A DNA stretch of 64,000 nt from Lingula anatina (taxonomy: Eukaryota; Animalia; Brachiopoda): positions 7,572,954-7,636,953 of the forward strand of contig CM120644.1 of NCBI GenBank assembly GCA_051362555.1, written 5' to 3'. Below, piece after piece: positions 13,601-27,380 of this stretch. How positions within the stretch are numbered: the first letter of the stretch is position 1; the number at the start of each line of letters is the position of its first letter. The notes below the pieces were generated by a model that saw only the letters and a list, made by a program, of their open reading frames with translations, had not been told where the DNA came from and searched no databases. A program made the position numbers and the translations under genes.

Positions 13601-16600
13601 TGAGATTTTGCAGACTTATGGGAGACATCAAGCATTATTTGCTGTCTATCGTGCTGAAGGGCTAATAAGTGCATTTTAGACATTTCTCAGACAGTTTGCC
13701 GTGAAGAGAATCCCTGACTTACTAATGATGTATTATGACTGTCTGGTACCTTAGTATGGTCTGCTAACAGCAATACAGTTTGTATTAAGAGGCAGACCAC
13801 AAGGGTTTCCACAGGCCAGTGGAAATGTCTGGTTTTGATGAATCAACCGAGTTTTCACTCCCCCTCTGGATAATATACTTCATGCAACTCGTGACGGCTT
13901 ACTCCTCCGTGCATTGAATCATTATCTGTTTCTTCTTCTTCAACCAGTTTCAATGATAAATTAAGACTGAAAAAAGGTGTTAAGTGGGTTTTGAATTCTT
14001 CTGAACTCCATGTCAAGACACTTTCTGCTATCCTGTCACCATCACTCCAGTGACATAAAAAGGGATGTTAAATGGGGTGTGTGTGTTTGGGGGGGGGGGG
14101 GGGGTGAAAGAACTACCTTCATGGCTGGAAAAGGTAATATACTGAATCAAAATTTAATACTCATGATATATCCCATTTTTCAAGTTGGATCAACTAAGCG
14201 GGTAAAAAAGGTCCACCATTTCATAAAAAGACCCTTGTTTTCAAATTGTTGATCAGAGGCCGGAAACTAAGTGAGAAAATGAAAATGAAAGTGCATTGTA
14301 AGAACTAACATTTTGTTTGTTTAGTATATTGATGTCTCACAAGAGAGATTTACATGTAGATGGTATGACCCAAATGTCATATGTGTCCATAGCAGTAACA
14401 TAATTATGGAATATGTGCATCTTTCACTTTAATGAAACTCCACTCTTAAAATATTGTAATATAAACTGTCATGACATCATGATGATGCCCGCTGAAACGA
14501 GCAGAAAATACAATAAAGTGAATCTATGGTGCCACAGCTGTGTGGTTTCTCTCAGCTTTCCCACCCTGGAGTTTCATGCACTGTCCTGCCAGTGCTCAAA
14601 AGGCATCTGCAGATCTGTCAGCTGATCTGTCACAGTCGTGACGTGACGTGTCACAAAGTAGAGAAAAAACACCCAAAAGCAATGGGAGTCACTACAAATA
14701 CTCATAAATTGTGGACTAGAACATGGAGATCCATTCATACGCAAGCGGTATCAGTGTTGAAGTGATATCAGGCCTGCAGCATTCACAGATACCAGTTTGT
14801 GTAGATAAGACCTTCCACACTATGCCTCCACTGATAGTCTTCTTTTATTAGTAAACAGCTTTTAGCGAGATTGGGGTGAACAGGAGGAATAATTACAGTG
14901 CTAAATATAGAGAAGACTTCATTTGAAAAAACATCCAGCAGGCTTGTATTTGGAATTTTGAAACAAGTTTTGCTGGCTTGTGGAAGTGCTTGATTTGTCT
15001 GTCTGTGTATGGATGTACTCCTTCCTTTCTTCCTTTCTTCATTCACTCATTCCTTCTATCATCAGGTTATTTCTTTATTTTATAACAATATAATTGATAA
15101 AATGGTGTATGTTTTTACAGACAATGTCCCTTTGAATATTTCAACTGTGAACCTTATCTTGTTAAAGAACTTGATTTATTAACCTTTATCTCTCCAATGG
15201 ATTGTACACACTGGTGGAAAGGTTTTTCAACAGTTTACTGAGACGTTATGTGATCTGTAATGTATGTATTGCATGCCACACACCATTTCTATAGTCCCAG
15301 GTATCCTAGGTAAAGTGTAGGCTACAGCTTGCCTGGGTAATGATGTCATAACCATTGGACCAGGTAATCAACCAGACTGACCACTGTGAAATTGATATAT
15401 TGTATTAGTCTGGACATTGACCACTGTTCAGTGACTACCAGTCTGGACACTGACCACTGTTCAATGACTACCAGCTTCTGTATGATTCAAGGATTTTTTT
15501 CTTATCCCTTGAGAAGGGTAGGGGCTGGACCCACTGGGCAATTTAAACCCCTTTGTCCACCCAGAGTTTGAATGGTCACTGGTCACCTCTGTTATCAGCA
15601 GATACCTGCTCACAACAGAGAAGTTTTTCCAGTGACCTATATCAGGCCCATAGCCAGGGAGGGTTGGGGGGGTTCGAAAGAACTGCCCCTTATGCTGGGA
15701 AAATGTTCACCCTGGGTAACATTTGATCTAGGTTCTTGAAGTTTTTATGGAAAAAGGTCCACTTTTTCAGAGAAAGAACCCCCCTTTTAAAATTGCTGGC
15801 TACGGGCCTGTATATCTACTGCCGTATGATTTCTGTGTGTCTTTCTCACCCCCTGCCCCCCCTCCTCTCCTGGTTTCAACCTATAGTTATACTGTTGCCT
15901 TGTAAACCTGAATCTTATTCTCTGCAGTTGTTAACTTTCTGTACAGTATGTGTGTGTATATAGCACTCCCATAAAAGTAATTCATGTCAGAGTACTGGAA
16001 TGTTGTACTATCTCTGTGTCAAGACTGTTACACCACAAAGTAAATAAAATAACCAGGGACAGTACTTGAGTTTTCTGGCTAAATCTTTGAAGTGATCAGC
16101 TGAGATTTATTGCTTAGTTACCTGAACCAGGTACTGTCTTAATTGCTTGCGTTTATAGTTCTTCAGCAGGCAGGTTTACAAGTCTGATGTAAAAATCGTG
16201 TAGCCTCTATTTTAACCAGTTGAGAGTAAAATAGTCCTTGAAGTATTTACTAGTACATTATTCTCGAGAAATTTTATATTGACCACTCTCCATATATAAA
16301 AGGTGTAAAAATCTTCTCCACCTATATATGGATAGATACTTTTTTTTGGGGGGGGGGGGGGCAGAATGGTCATCGTTACTTTGGCTGAAATTGCCATATA
16401 TATATATATAAAAGACTGTTCTTGTACATAAGATTGATTTTAGCAATATTCAATAAACCATTACAACAACTGATATATATATACTGTATTTTTTTACACT
16501 TACATGAATTACAGACTGCGCACTTTAGTTTATTTCTTCAGGAAGGCAAATGGTAGTTATTTATAAGACTTAGTACTACACTCAGGTAAACATAAGGTGA

Positions 16601-19600
16601 AGGTGACACATTATCTACTACGGTAAAATAAAAAATAACACCATACAGAAATATAATTGGATCTCATGACAAAAGTGTTTTAGTCAGCACTACTTCTTCC
16701 GCCTTGCCACTTTCATAACTCGTGTTTGACGCGATATCAGAATCAATAGACTCTATTAGAACTTGGTAGTGGAATAGAGTATATTAAGAGACAATGTTGA
16801 ACAATAACATTTAAAAAAGGATCCCAGAGAAAAGTTGCATCTGTAAACTTTGGTAATTTAAAAAAAATATGTTTGTGATTTTTTCTTTTTTTTCAATTTC
16901 AGACTAGGTATTTTTGAAAGTGCCTCCTGATTTATTGTATGATTTCAAAAGGAACTTTGTTGTCATGTAATGTCTGTTTTGTCTCTGACAATGCCAAACT
17001 ATTAAATTTCATTATATTACACTGGGGATATATTGCCATTCTCTTGTCTAGATTTCCCAGTAGGCAAAGTTATGGCACCGAGTCTTGGAGACTAGTGAGA
17101 AAACTTACCTCAGTCTATTATTGAAACTTGGGATGATGTCTGTGTAGAAAATTCGCTTCATTAACTCACAGACATAGGGACTTCTAAATGCAGAATATTA
17201 TCAGCTTTGATTAACGACCATTTTTTTCCTAAATTGGAAGTTACTTGTAGATGAGTGGATCCCCCCAGGTATTTTATGGTCAAAGAGATGGTTATTCCCC
17301 CCCCCCCCCGACTATGGGCCTGATGTACAGGTATATTATGATTTTGTAATGAAATTTGTCTCAGCATGGTGTAATGAATTCTCTTATTTGCCATTATGAC
17401 TGTAGCACAAACTTTCATCTTTGGCATTCTTTTTACAGTGTCAGGGGTGGATCCAGAGCTATTTAATGACTGTTTTCCAAATTATCTTTGTTGATTCATC
17501 CTCCAATTTTGACAGTTTTCCAACCAAAAAAGTTAGGTACCTGTCAAGGTTAACTAACTTGAAAACTGGAACATCTTCTGGAAGACCCAGAAGATGGCCT
17601 AAATCCGCCCCTGAGCATGGATCAGATCCAGTCCTTCAGTGTAAACTTTCCTAGGGCTATCTGGTCTAGACACAGCATAATAAAGACTATAACTAGTCAG
17701 ATCAATTGATGTCTGGTGGAGAAATAAAGGCAGATGGGCACAAATTGTCAGAGTAATGTAATAATAGAGTGTCGACTTAGGTTCTGTAAGCAGACTGCTG
17801 ATTCCCAGGAGCTTAATACTGTTCTTTTGATTCAATAATTTAAGGAACTTACTATTTAATGTGCACATATGCTTAATATAACTGATTTTTTTTCATTTAT
17901 TTCAAAGCTGAGATATGACACTGATTAAATTGTGATTCAATATAAATTCATTTTTGGGTTTTTCATGGGACCAGGTTTGGTCGAACTGAAAGGAATATGA
18001 AATTGAAAATATTTTACAACCTTATAAAGGTCTAAAAATGTACAAAGCATAGTGTATATAGACCAGTAATCCTGGGCGTGTTCATAGCTGATTGTTTATA
18101 CAAATACATCTTGATATAGCTCTCTGGCAGATAATTCCCTTTTTCTTCACAGAGTACAGTAGACTAAATAAAGAAAGGTTGTATGGAAGTTTGAAAATGA
18201 TTCCACAACAAAGATAGTTACAGTTTGACGTTTCCCCTTTCATCTTGAACCCTGTCCCCTTCATTAGAAGTCTACGGAAGTAATTTATAAAGAGAGACTT
18301 TTGAAGTCAGAATACCCATTTATGGCAAACCTCTCACTTACTAGTACACAAATGATGTTATATTTGGACATACTGATTTACATGTCCTGATTCAGGGGCA
18401 TTCCATTCAGATGATTTTATTTTGGAGGACATCATTACAGGTGGGAGGATAATGGAACAGCCTGGATTATTTACAGCGCTGTATAGCTACTGAATGTTTG
18501 TGCATACTTTGGTTTATGTCTCATGGTAGCCGCAAGGTGACGTGAGACATTGTTGATTCATGTTGAAGTGGTACATGTATTTTCCTAGGCTGTTTTTTTA
18601 TATTCTTTATTGGTTTTATAGCTACAGGGATGATACTTGAAAATTTACACCAGTATTTTCCCTGCCCTTAGACTCTCTCAGCATTCTTTTCTTCCTCTCT
18701 CTCTCTTTCTGTCTCTCTCCTGCATATTGGCATTTAAAAACAATTACTAGTACTAGGATGCTTGTGCTATATACTTTGCGGATTTACAATTAAACATAAG
18801 ATTATAATATAAACTCAAATAATGTATTCACATTAATCATCATTCCAGTATTGCTGACAATTTTTATCCACACTGACTTAAGAGATCTAATATAGTGATA
18901 AAAAATAGCAATCATTTCAGCACCTGACTTTAGTTTGCAAGGGTTTCTAAATTCTATTAGTTTTTTTTCTTGCTTGGGTGTAATTAAGCATCTGCCAACT
19001 ACCTTTCTTTTCCTCTCTGTCAGTAAAGTAAAATAAATGTCTCTGAATGGATGGAAGCATAAGTTGGTTTATGAATTCAGTAACCTGGTAATACACTTGA
19101 GCATGTGCAAACTGTATGAATTCTAACAGTCGTAATAGCACAATTTTGCTGCTCGTTTTAGTATATTCTAGGGGAAGTCTGTAAAAAGTCTACAAGTTAT
19201 CTATCTTTGATCTTCTATCGGGTAGGTTTGTAAAAGAAGGATCCTCAGGGCCCAGTGAAAGCCATCTTCTTCAAGTTTACATTCACAGGCATCTAATTTT
19301 TGCTGTGAGAAGAGGGTCAAAAATGGAGAATGGATCAACAAAGATGATTTAGAAAACTGTCAGAAAATATCTCTGGACCTGTCCGTGATTCTACATACTA
19401 GTATATATCTATATCATTGATTTTTCTAGGTTTGAAAAAGGCAGATTCTACACATACATTGGTGAAGTGGTGGTGTCAGTCAACCCGTATCGTCCACTTA
19501 ATATCTACGGCCAGGACTATGTGGAGCAGTACCAAGGAAGAGAAATCTACGAGCGGCCACCTCACATTTTTGCAATCGCTGATGCTGCCTATAAAGTGAT

Positions 19601-20512
19601 GAAGAGGAAGTCACGGGATACATGCATTGTGATTTCAGGTAAGAAATATGATTGATTTTAGGTGTTTATTGTGCATTAATTTATGCAGGTATAAACACAT
19701 AAAAAACCCAGTGAAAAAATGCTTGATAATGACATAAGAGCAAGATGTTTGAATAAATTAAAAATCAAAAATTCTTATTAAAAGTGTTGTTTCATTTGTT
19801 ATTGGTTTTGAGTTGAATCAGTAGCCAAAATAATATTTGTACTTGATAAATTACAAATTTATGTAGTTATCTAAGAGCATTACATTGAAGGTAACACATG
19901 CATTCAATTCATTTTGAGCGTAAACATGGAGGCACCATTTCAAATAATAACATGTTATAGTTTTTGTAGGTCCTTCCTGTGTGAAAGGCCATTTGAAGTT
20001 ACGGGGTGTTTTAGAAGATATTGTATTCTGTGGATCAATCAGTTGTTAATGATCCCTTAAATTTAAAGACAGGATTTTGTCCTCATGTGGGGCATTCCAC
20101 GGCATTTGAGTCTAGGATATAAGGTGTTTAGATGTATAAAAACCAACCAAAGCAAACATTTTCTGAAAAAAGAGACTTCAGGGTTTAGGGATTTATACAA
20201 GATTCAGCTTTGCTTGATTTCATAGAGTGTTTACTTGAAAAATGTGAAAATTTTTCATTGCAGGTGGAATTGTTTATTTTTTTTTTTGCATATAACACTT
20301 AAAATAAATTTGAGCAGTTTTGTTTCACAGTTGTGAGAGAGTTAGGCTTTAAAATGATGAGACTTGGATGTTATTTATAGTAATACAATTTTTTCTTTTC
20401 CCCAAAGGTGAGAGTGGTGCTGGTAAAACTGAAGCATCTAAAATCATAATGAGGTATATAGCAGCTATAACTGGAGTCAGTGGACAGAAGGAGGTCAACA
20501 GGTGAGTAGTGA

Positions 20513-20544
<32 letters not shown>

Positions 20545-23500
20545 AGGCATAAAGAGAGAGGTGAGAGTGAGAGAGAACACTATTTGCAACCCACAAAATA
20601 TTTAACATATTGACCAAAAGGAAGCTCTGGCTCACTTTGAACACACCTCATCACGTGAACTAAGAAAAGTAATCACACAGAGTTACCACAATTACATCAT
20701 GTGCATCATATAATGGAAAAACAGTGTGTAGGAAAATTGGCAACAGTGAGAGAGAAAGATAGAGAGGGGAGGGTTGAGAGAGAGAGAGAAAGGGGAGGGG
20801 TTGGGTGAGATAGGAGAATTAAGTAAAAAGAGAGGGATAAGAAAGAGGAGTTTTAGAGAAACAAACAGATCAGATAGAGGTATGTCAGGGTTTAAGAGTT
20901 CAAAAAGAGAAAGACAGAGGAGAGGAAGAGAACAGGGAGGGAGAATCTCTATTTCACGATTTCCTCAATCACTTTTATTGATGAGTATTCCAATTTTATC
21001 TTCAGGGTCAAAGACGTCTTGATCAAGTCCAATGCAATCTTGGAAGCTTTTGGAAACGCCAAGACTAACCGTAATGACAACTCCAGTCGCTTTGGCAAAT
21101 ATATGGACATCAACTTTGACTTCAAGGGGGACCCAATCGGAGGCCATATTAATAATTACTTACTAGAAAAAGTGAGTGTGGAGCTATCAGTTGGTGATTT
21201 GATACAAAAGACAAATGAAAAGAATAAATGGTTATTGATCACAAAATCAGTTTCATCTCATTTTAGTTTATGCTTGGTTCCATTTTGTTTTCTATCTTAA
21301 TATATTAAAATTGTTCGCAAATTGCTTGATCTGAAAAGTTCTATCATTTATGGATTCTGTTTGATTTGGTTAAAGATAAACTATCTTTGACATTTGGTGT
21401 GCAATGAAATCTGTGTTTTCTACTTTTTCAGTCAAGAGTGGTGTACCAACAAAAAGGAGAGAGGAACTTTCACTCATTTTATCAGGTAGGTCTGCCTGTA
21501 TTCCTATACTGAGCCTTTACACAATGACAATCTTACAGAGAGAAAATTAGCCTAGAAAAAAGTTTATCTAATAAACTAAATTCATATGTCATCCTAAAGT
21601 ATTTTTCCTCTCAGCAACGTCTTTTACTTTCCACGAACAATCATATTGTCTCAAGAAAAAGAGCGAGAGCAAAAAAACTAGCATGCATCTAATCTAAACT
21701 CTCCTTTTAAGTAAGTTGATAAGAAATCAAAGTAACAGAATGTGATACAGATATATGGAATAGAGGGAATGTGGTGTCAAGGAGGAAAAGACCTGCTATA
21801 ATTACTTTAATATGTTACGTGATCAAAATAAGTTTTCATGTTGGGTTGGATGTGGCATTAATCGGTCAACTGTCCATCTGTCTTTTGGACTCACTATTTC
21901 AATTTTTGACAGCCATTTTTATGTACAGACACAGATGTGTCTGTACATATAGCCGTCACCTGTGTCTGTCGTTGCCGTTGCCGTTGCCGTTGGCGTGCAC
22001 TTTTACCGTAAACACAATAAGTGGAAAACGGTTTTACGTTTTGACTTGAAACTTACAGAACTGATGAATATTCATAATATTCAGGTCAAGTTCGAAAATC
22101 AGCATGATCGGGCCATTTTTAGGGAAGTTATGCTGTTTTTTCACTTTTTTCAGCATATATGCAACACCGTAAACAGGATAAGTGGAAAACCGTTTTACCT
22201 TTTGGCTTGAAAGTTACAGAACTGATGAATATTTATAATACGCCGGTCAAGTTCAAAAATCAGCATGATCGGGTCATTTTTAGGGAAGTTATGCTTTTTT
22301 TTCACTTTTTTCAGCATATATGCAACACCTTAAACACGATAAGTGGAAAACGGTTTTACCTTTTGGTTTGAAACTTACAGAACTGATGAATATTTATAAT
22401 ACGCAGGTCAAGTTCGAAAATCAGCATGATCGGGTCATTTTTAGGGAAGTTTTGCTTTTTTTTCACTTTTTTCAGCATATATGCAACACCGTAAACACGA
22501 TAAGTGGAAAACTGTTTTACCTTTTGGTTTGAAACTTACAGAACTGATGAATATATATAATACGCAGGTCAAGTTCGAAAATCAGCATAATTGGGTCATT
22601 TTTAGGGAAGTTATGCTTTTTTTTCACATTTTCTCTGATTCAATTCTTAGGCATGTTAATAGTCTCATTATTGAACTAATAAGATATGTAAAAGTGTTTT
22701 TTTGACATTTCCTGCATCTTTACAACATTGTTAGTTGATTATTTAAAAATGATGGTAAACTTGTTATTGTGTATTGTGTAATGAAGTGTCAAAAATGGAA
22801 ATAAACACATATCATTGCAGTTTGTCAGATTCAATCATCCACTATGTTCAGAATCTCAGAATGGAGGAAATTGGACATTTAATACTGTTCTATTGATATT
22901 TTTCCCATCTCATCAATTTTCTTAGTTGGTCATATAAAAATGGCAGTAAACTGTTAATTTTGTTTTATGTTAAAAAAGTGTTAAAAATGGAAATAAACCC
23001 ATTTCAGAAAAGTGCTGTCTTGTTTACATTTTGGCATTTTCAAGGTGTGACTTTGAAGTTCCATGGGCCTGAAGACCTTTGCTAGTCACATTTTCTGAAT
23101 ATCCATGATACTAATATTTTATTATTAAAAATTGATGGTCATTATGCTGTTAAACATTATGTAATATTGCATCAAAATTTGAAGAAACCCCTATTTTGGG
23201 CACTGCTCCCATGATGACCATTTAAGGAAAATCATGTCACTTACTGTTCTCAAACTTACAGGAAAGAAACATGGGACTAAAATACAGCTTCAGTAGGCAA
23301 TGCAGTCTGTTTGGTAATTTTTTCTGGCAGTTAAACAGTTTTTTGTGAAAATTTAATTTTTCACATATTGGCATTTTCAAGGTGTGACTTTGAAGTTCTG
23401 TGATCCTGAAGACCTTTGCTTGTCACATTTTCTGAATGTCCATGTTACTAATATTCTATTATTAAAAATTGATGGTCATTATGCTGTTAAACATGTAATG

Positions 23501-26500
23501 TTACATTAAAATTTGAAGAAACCCCTATTTTGGGCACTGCTCCCATGATGAGCACTTAAGGAAAATCATGTCACTTACTGTTCTCAAACTTACAGGAAAG
23601 AAACATGGGACTAAAATACAGCTTCAGTAGGAAATGTAGTCTGTTTGGTAAATTTTTCTGGCAGTTAAACAGTTTTTTGTGAAAATTTCATTTTTCACAT
23701 ATTGGCATTTTCAAGGTGTGACTTAGAACTTCCACGGGCTTGAAGACCCATGCTAGTCACATTTTCTGAAAATCCATGATACGTATATATTATTATTAAA
23801 AATTGATGGTCATTATGCTGTTAAGCATTATGTAATGTTGCATCAAAATAGAAGAAAACACAATTTTTGGTGCTGCTGCCATGATGACCATTATGGGAAA
23901 ACCGTGTTACTTATGACTGTCAAACTTTCAAAAAAGAAACACAGGACTAAAATGCAGCCTGAGTTGGAAAAACAGTCTAATTGGCTTCTTTTTCTGGAAG
24001 TTATCCATTTTAGTGAAAAATATATATATCAAAAAAGATTAAAAGTTTGAATGGCAGCATCATTGGAATTATATTTACCTCTGCCAAGGAGGTTATGTTT
24101 TCACCCCTGTTTGTCTGTCATCAACATAACTCAAAAAGTTACGGACCGATTTTGATGAAATTTTCAGGAACTGTCAGAAGTGGGCAAGGAGGACAATGAT
24201 TAGTTTTTGGTGGTGGTCCGGATCAATAATCAATCAATAATAATCAACAATTGCTGTTTTGGCAGAGGTCTGCGCTCTTGGAGTGCTTTTCTAGTTTTGT
24301 TTTCCTTTTTAATTTTTTCTCAAACAGTGGCATTTGTGACTTTTAACTCTCATCTGCCTGAGGCTCTGCACATTTTCTATATTTCCACATAAGCAGTTGT
24401 ATTGTTTTTTATGTCTTTAAACATTATGTAATATTATTTTATGCACTGTCATCATTTTTCAAATATTGAGACTTTCATCATGAGAATTTGAACTCTCATG
24501 GTCCTGAAACTAATCTTACTGAAGGGGTGGATTGAGACCATCTTCTGGGTCTTCCGGAAGACAGTCAGGTTATAAGTTTATATTGACTGGTATCTATTTT
24601 TTTCTGTTGGAAGACCATAAAAATGGAGGATGGATCAACATAGATACTTTGGAATACTGTCAGAAAATATCTCTGGGTTCGCTCCTGTTATTGACCATGG
24701 TACCTGTTGTGCATGATTAAAATTCAGTGTTGACTGACAGTGCTATTATAAGCATTATTTATTATTGCATCAAAATTGACAAAATGACCTATTTTGCATC
24801 TTTATTTTCTGTTTTTTGTCTGTACATTTGACAGCTTTGCTGCCTTGTTATACAATATTTTGACAGACCAACTTGGAAAGAAAAATTTGGACTCTACCTC
24901 ATAATCCTGGCTAAATCTCTGGTTGAACGATTTTGATTTCAGAAAAATTTTTGCCAGGAGTCATGCCAGTACGGCAACTAGATGTTAAGTTTTAATTATG
25001 ACTTTTAATATAATATAATTTAATGTATTAATATCTTGTTCTCTTTAGCTTCTATCAGGTGCAGCAGAAGAAAAACTAGCAGAGCTGAAGTTAAAGAGAG
25101 ATCCCACTCTGTACCACTACACACGCCAGGGAGACTCACACAAGGTGAGATGATATATAAAACATATCAATTATATCTTTTTGGTAATATTTTAATGTTT
25201 TGATAGAGTAATAGATTGATGAAGATATCATGTAATTAGAATGTTATTGTGCCTTTCAGACAATTTTATATTGCATTAAATGTTCTCTTATATTTTAAAA
25301 GATGGTAGAAAACAGAAATTGTTTCAAAAAAGACTTAACATGATTTTTTACCTTTAATGTATGACATTTCGACCCTTCATCAAACGGCCTTGATTATCTG
25401 ACTGACTCACAGATAAACATACATCTCTAAAGAAATAAATAAAACTGTTTAGTAACAACAAATTATATTGTATATACCAGGTGTCTTCCATCAATGACAG
25501 AAATGACTATAGATCAGTACAGGATGCCATGAAAGCTACAGGGTTCTCATACAAAGATGCTGAGACGTTGTGGAAAATAGTTGGTGCTGTGATACACTTG
25601 GTAAGTTTAATTTGGACTTCTGATTTACTCTCACATTGGATCAAACCTTAGTTGAAGCAACTGGATAAATCAGAACTTTCATTTTGATATTTAGATTTTT
25701 TTAAAATGCTAGTATATTGAAATGGAAGTAATGTGTTAAGTTTAACTCTATAGTATAGTGGAAGTTTTCTGTGTACACTAATCCCATGTAGAGAGTAAAA
25801 TGAGGCCAAAAATATGAATGAAGAAAACTGAGGGTGCTGTAATTCTGAAATTGGTCTGATCATGTTTTTTTTGTTACTCTTTTTAGTGCCATTCCATAAG
25901 ATGAAATATTGATCAGAATTTCTTGAGATATTTGCCAATTTTAATCCATTCCTATAAAACCATATTTTGTTTTAATTTCAATTGCCTGTAAATGATAATC
26001 CCAGCTTATTTTCATTCACAACCTGTTTATCTGTACTCAGGGTGAGGTGAAATACCACACGGAAGATGACCAAGTGGTGGTGGAGAACCCCGACCAGCTG
26101 ACCACGATAGCCAAGTTGTTGGCCATAGACAGAGACATGCTGGAAAAGGCACTGTGTTTCCGCGTGGTGGCTGCAGCAGGAGAGGTCATGGAGAAAGGTC
26201 ACACGGCGGCAGAAGCAGTGTATGCCAGGGACGCATTTGCTAAGGTGCATAGAATTTTTTTTTTTTTTGTATTGATATATTACCTAATATTGTTCGCCAT
26301 TGTTGAGTTGAGTAGTTATACAATGTAAGTAATAACAAATAAGTTTGAAAAATTCTTATTTTTGTTTCTCAGCCTTTTAAATGCAGTTGCTGTTTTTATT
26401 TATTTATTTATTTATTTATTTATTTTGAATTTCTACTCCTCAATTTATTTATATATTTGCTTATTTTTGATGAATTGTAAATTAAGTCTGTGTTTATTGA

Positions 26501-27343
26501 CTTTACAGAATTCAAAACTAATGTCATTACATATGGTTGAAGTGATTGAAAGCCTCCATTGGTTTTTATTGATCTTTTGATAGTAGTATTTTTATGTTAA
26601 TTTTATATATCTGTTTTTTCCCAAACTCCAGGCAATGTATGATCACATGTTCACTTGGATTGTGGGAAGGATAAATGAAGCAATCGAAGTGAAACGCGAT
26701 GTTGTCCAACATGGTCGCAACACTGTCATTGGGGTACTTGACATTTATGGATTTGAAATCTTTGACAACAACAGGTGAGATGTGAGATATATTATTTCCA
26801 AGTGAAATTTAGATTTGCTTGATGTTGAATAGTTGAGGTATCAGTTGTACTTATTATATATTGTGTGCATTTTTTGTTTGGTAAATATGATTTAAGATGC
26901 CTGACAAATATATTACCAACAGTAACAGAATAGCACATCTCTCTCACCTGAATTTTTTTTTTTTATGAAAATCAATCATCATTAAATATGTCAAATTTAA
27001 TTTAATTGACTTTTGATTTTTTTTTTTAATTTATTTTTAAATAGAGTTTTCTGATTTTCAAAATGACATGACAGGGTGGCAGTCAGTGTTCAAGTTTTTT
27101 CAGGTAAACATTTTTATCTTTTTGAACTATGAAGCATATCTGGTACATATATTATCTATGAATTTGTTCTGTTCCAGTTTTGAGCAGTTCTGTATCAACT
27201 ACTGCAATGAAAAGCTACAGCAATTGTTCATAGAGCTGGTGCTAAAACAAGAACAAGACGAATACATGAGGGAAGGCATTGAATGGCAACACGTGAGTAC
27301 ACTATGGACATATACCTGCATGTGCACGCAAGCATGTGGTGTG

Positions 27344-27380
<37 letters not shown>

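Larger units (their letters stand above)
21916..24849 (+). mobile_element. Non-autonomous Helentron-associated (HINE/DINE-1-type) element with internal tandem arrays, in Myo1D intron 5
   Basis: A T-run is followed by a perfect 12-bp hairpin ATGTACAGACAC-agat-GTGTCTGTACAT (21921-21948) and a (GTTGCC)n microsatellite, then tandem arrays. The 3' end has sub-TIR TGTCTGTACAT (24817-24827), a small CAGC-ttt-GCTG hairpin and TTGTT. Confidence 0.7.

Noticed and set aside
7797-19429. Nested protein-coding gene (e.g. CDK5R1-like) in Myo1D intron 1
   Set aside because: Only short ORFs with no recognisable motifs; nothing near the expected length.
21962-22705. Four similar 70-82 aa ORFs that look like a peptide gene family
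   Set aside because: They are translations of the 161-bp tandem repeat inside an intronic transposon.
26160-26244. Unusual regulation at the myosin TEDS site
   Set aside because: The residue 16 positions upstream of the DAFAK Asp is Glu, the ordinary constitutive state for metazoan myosin I.
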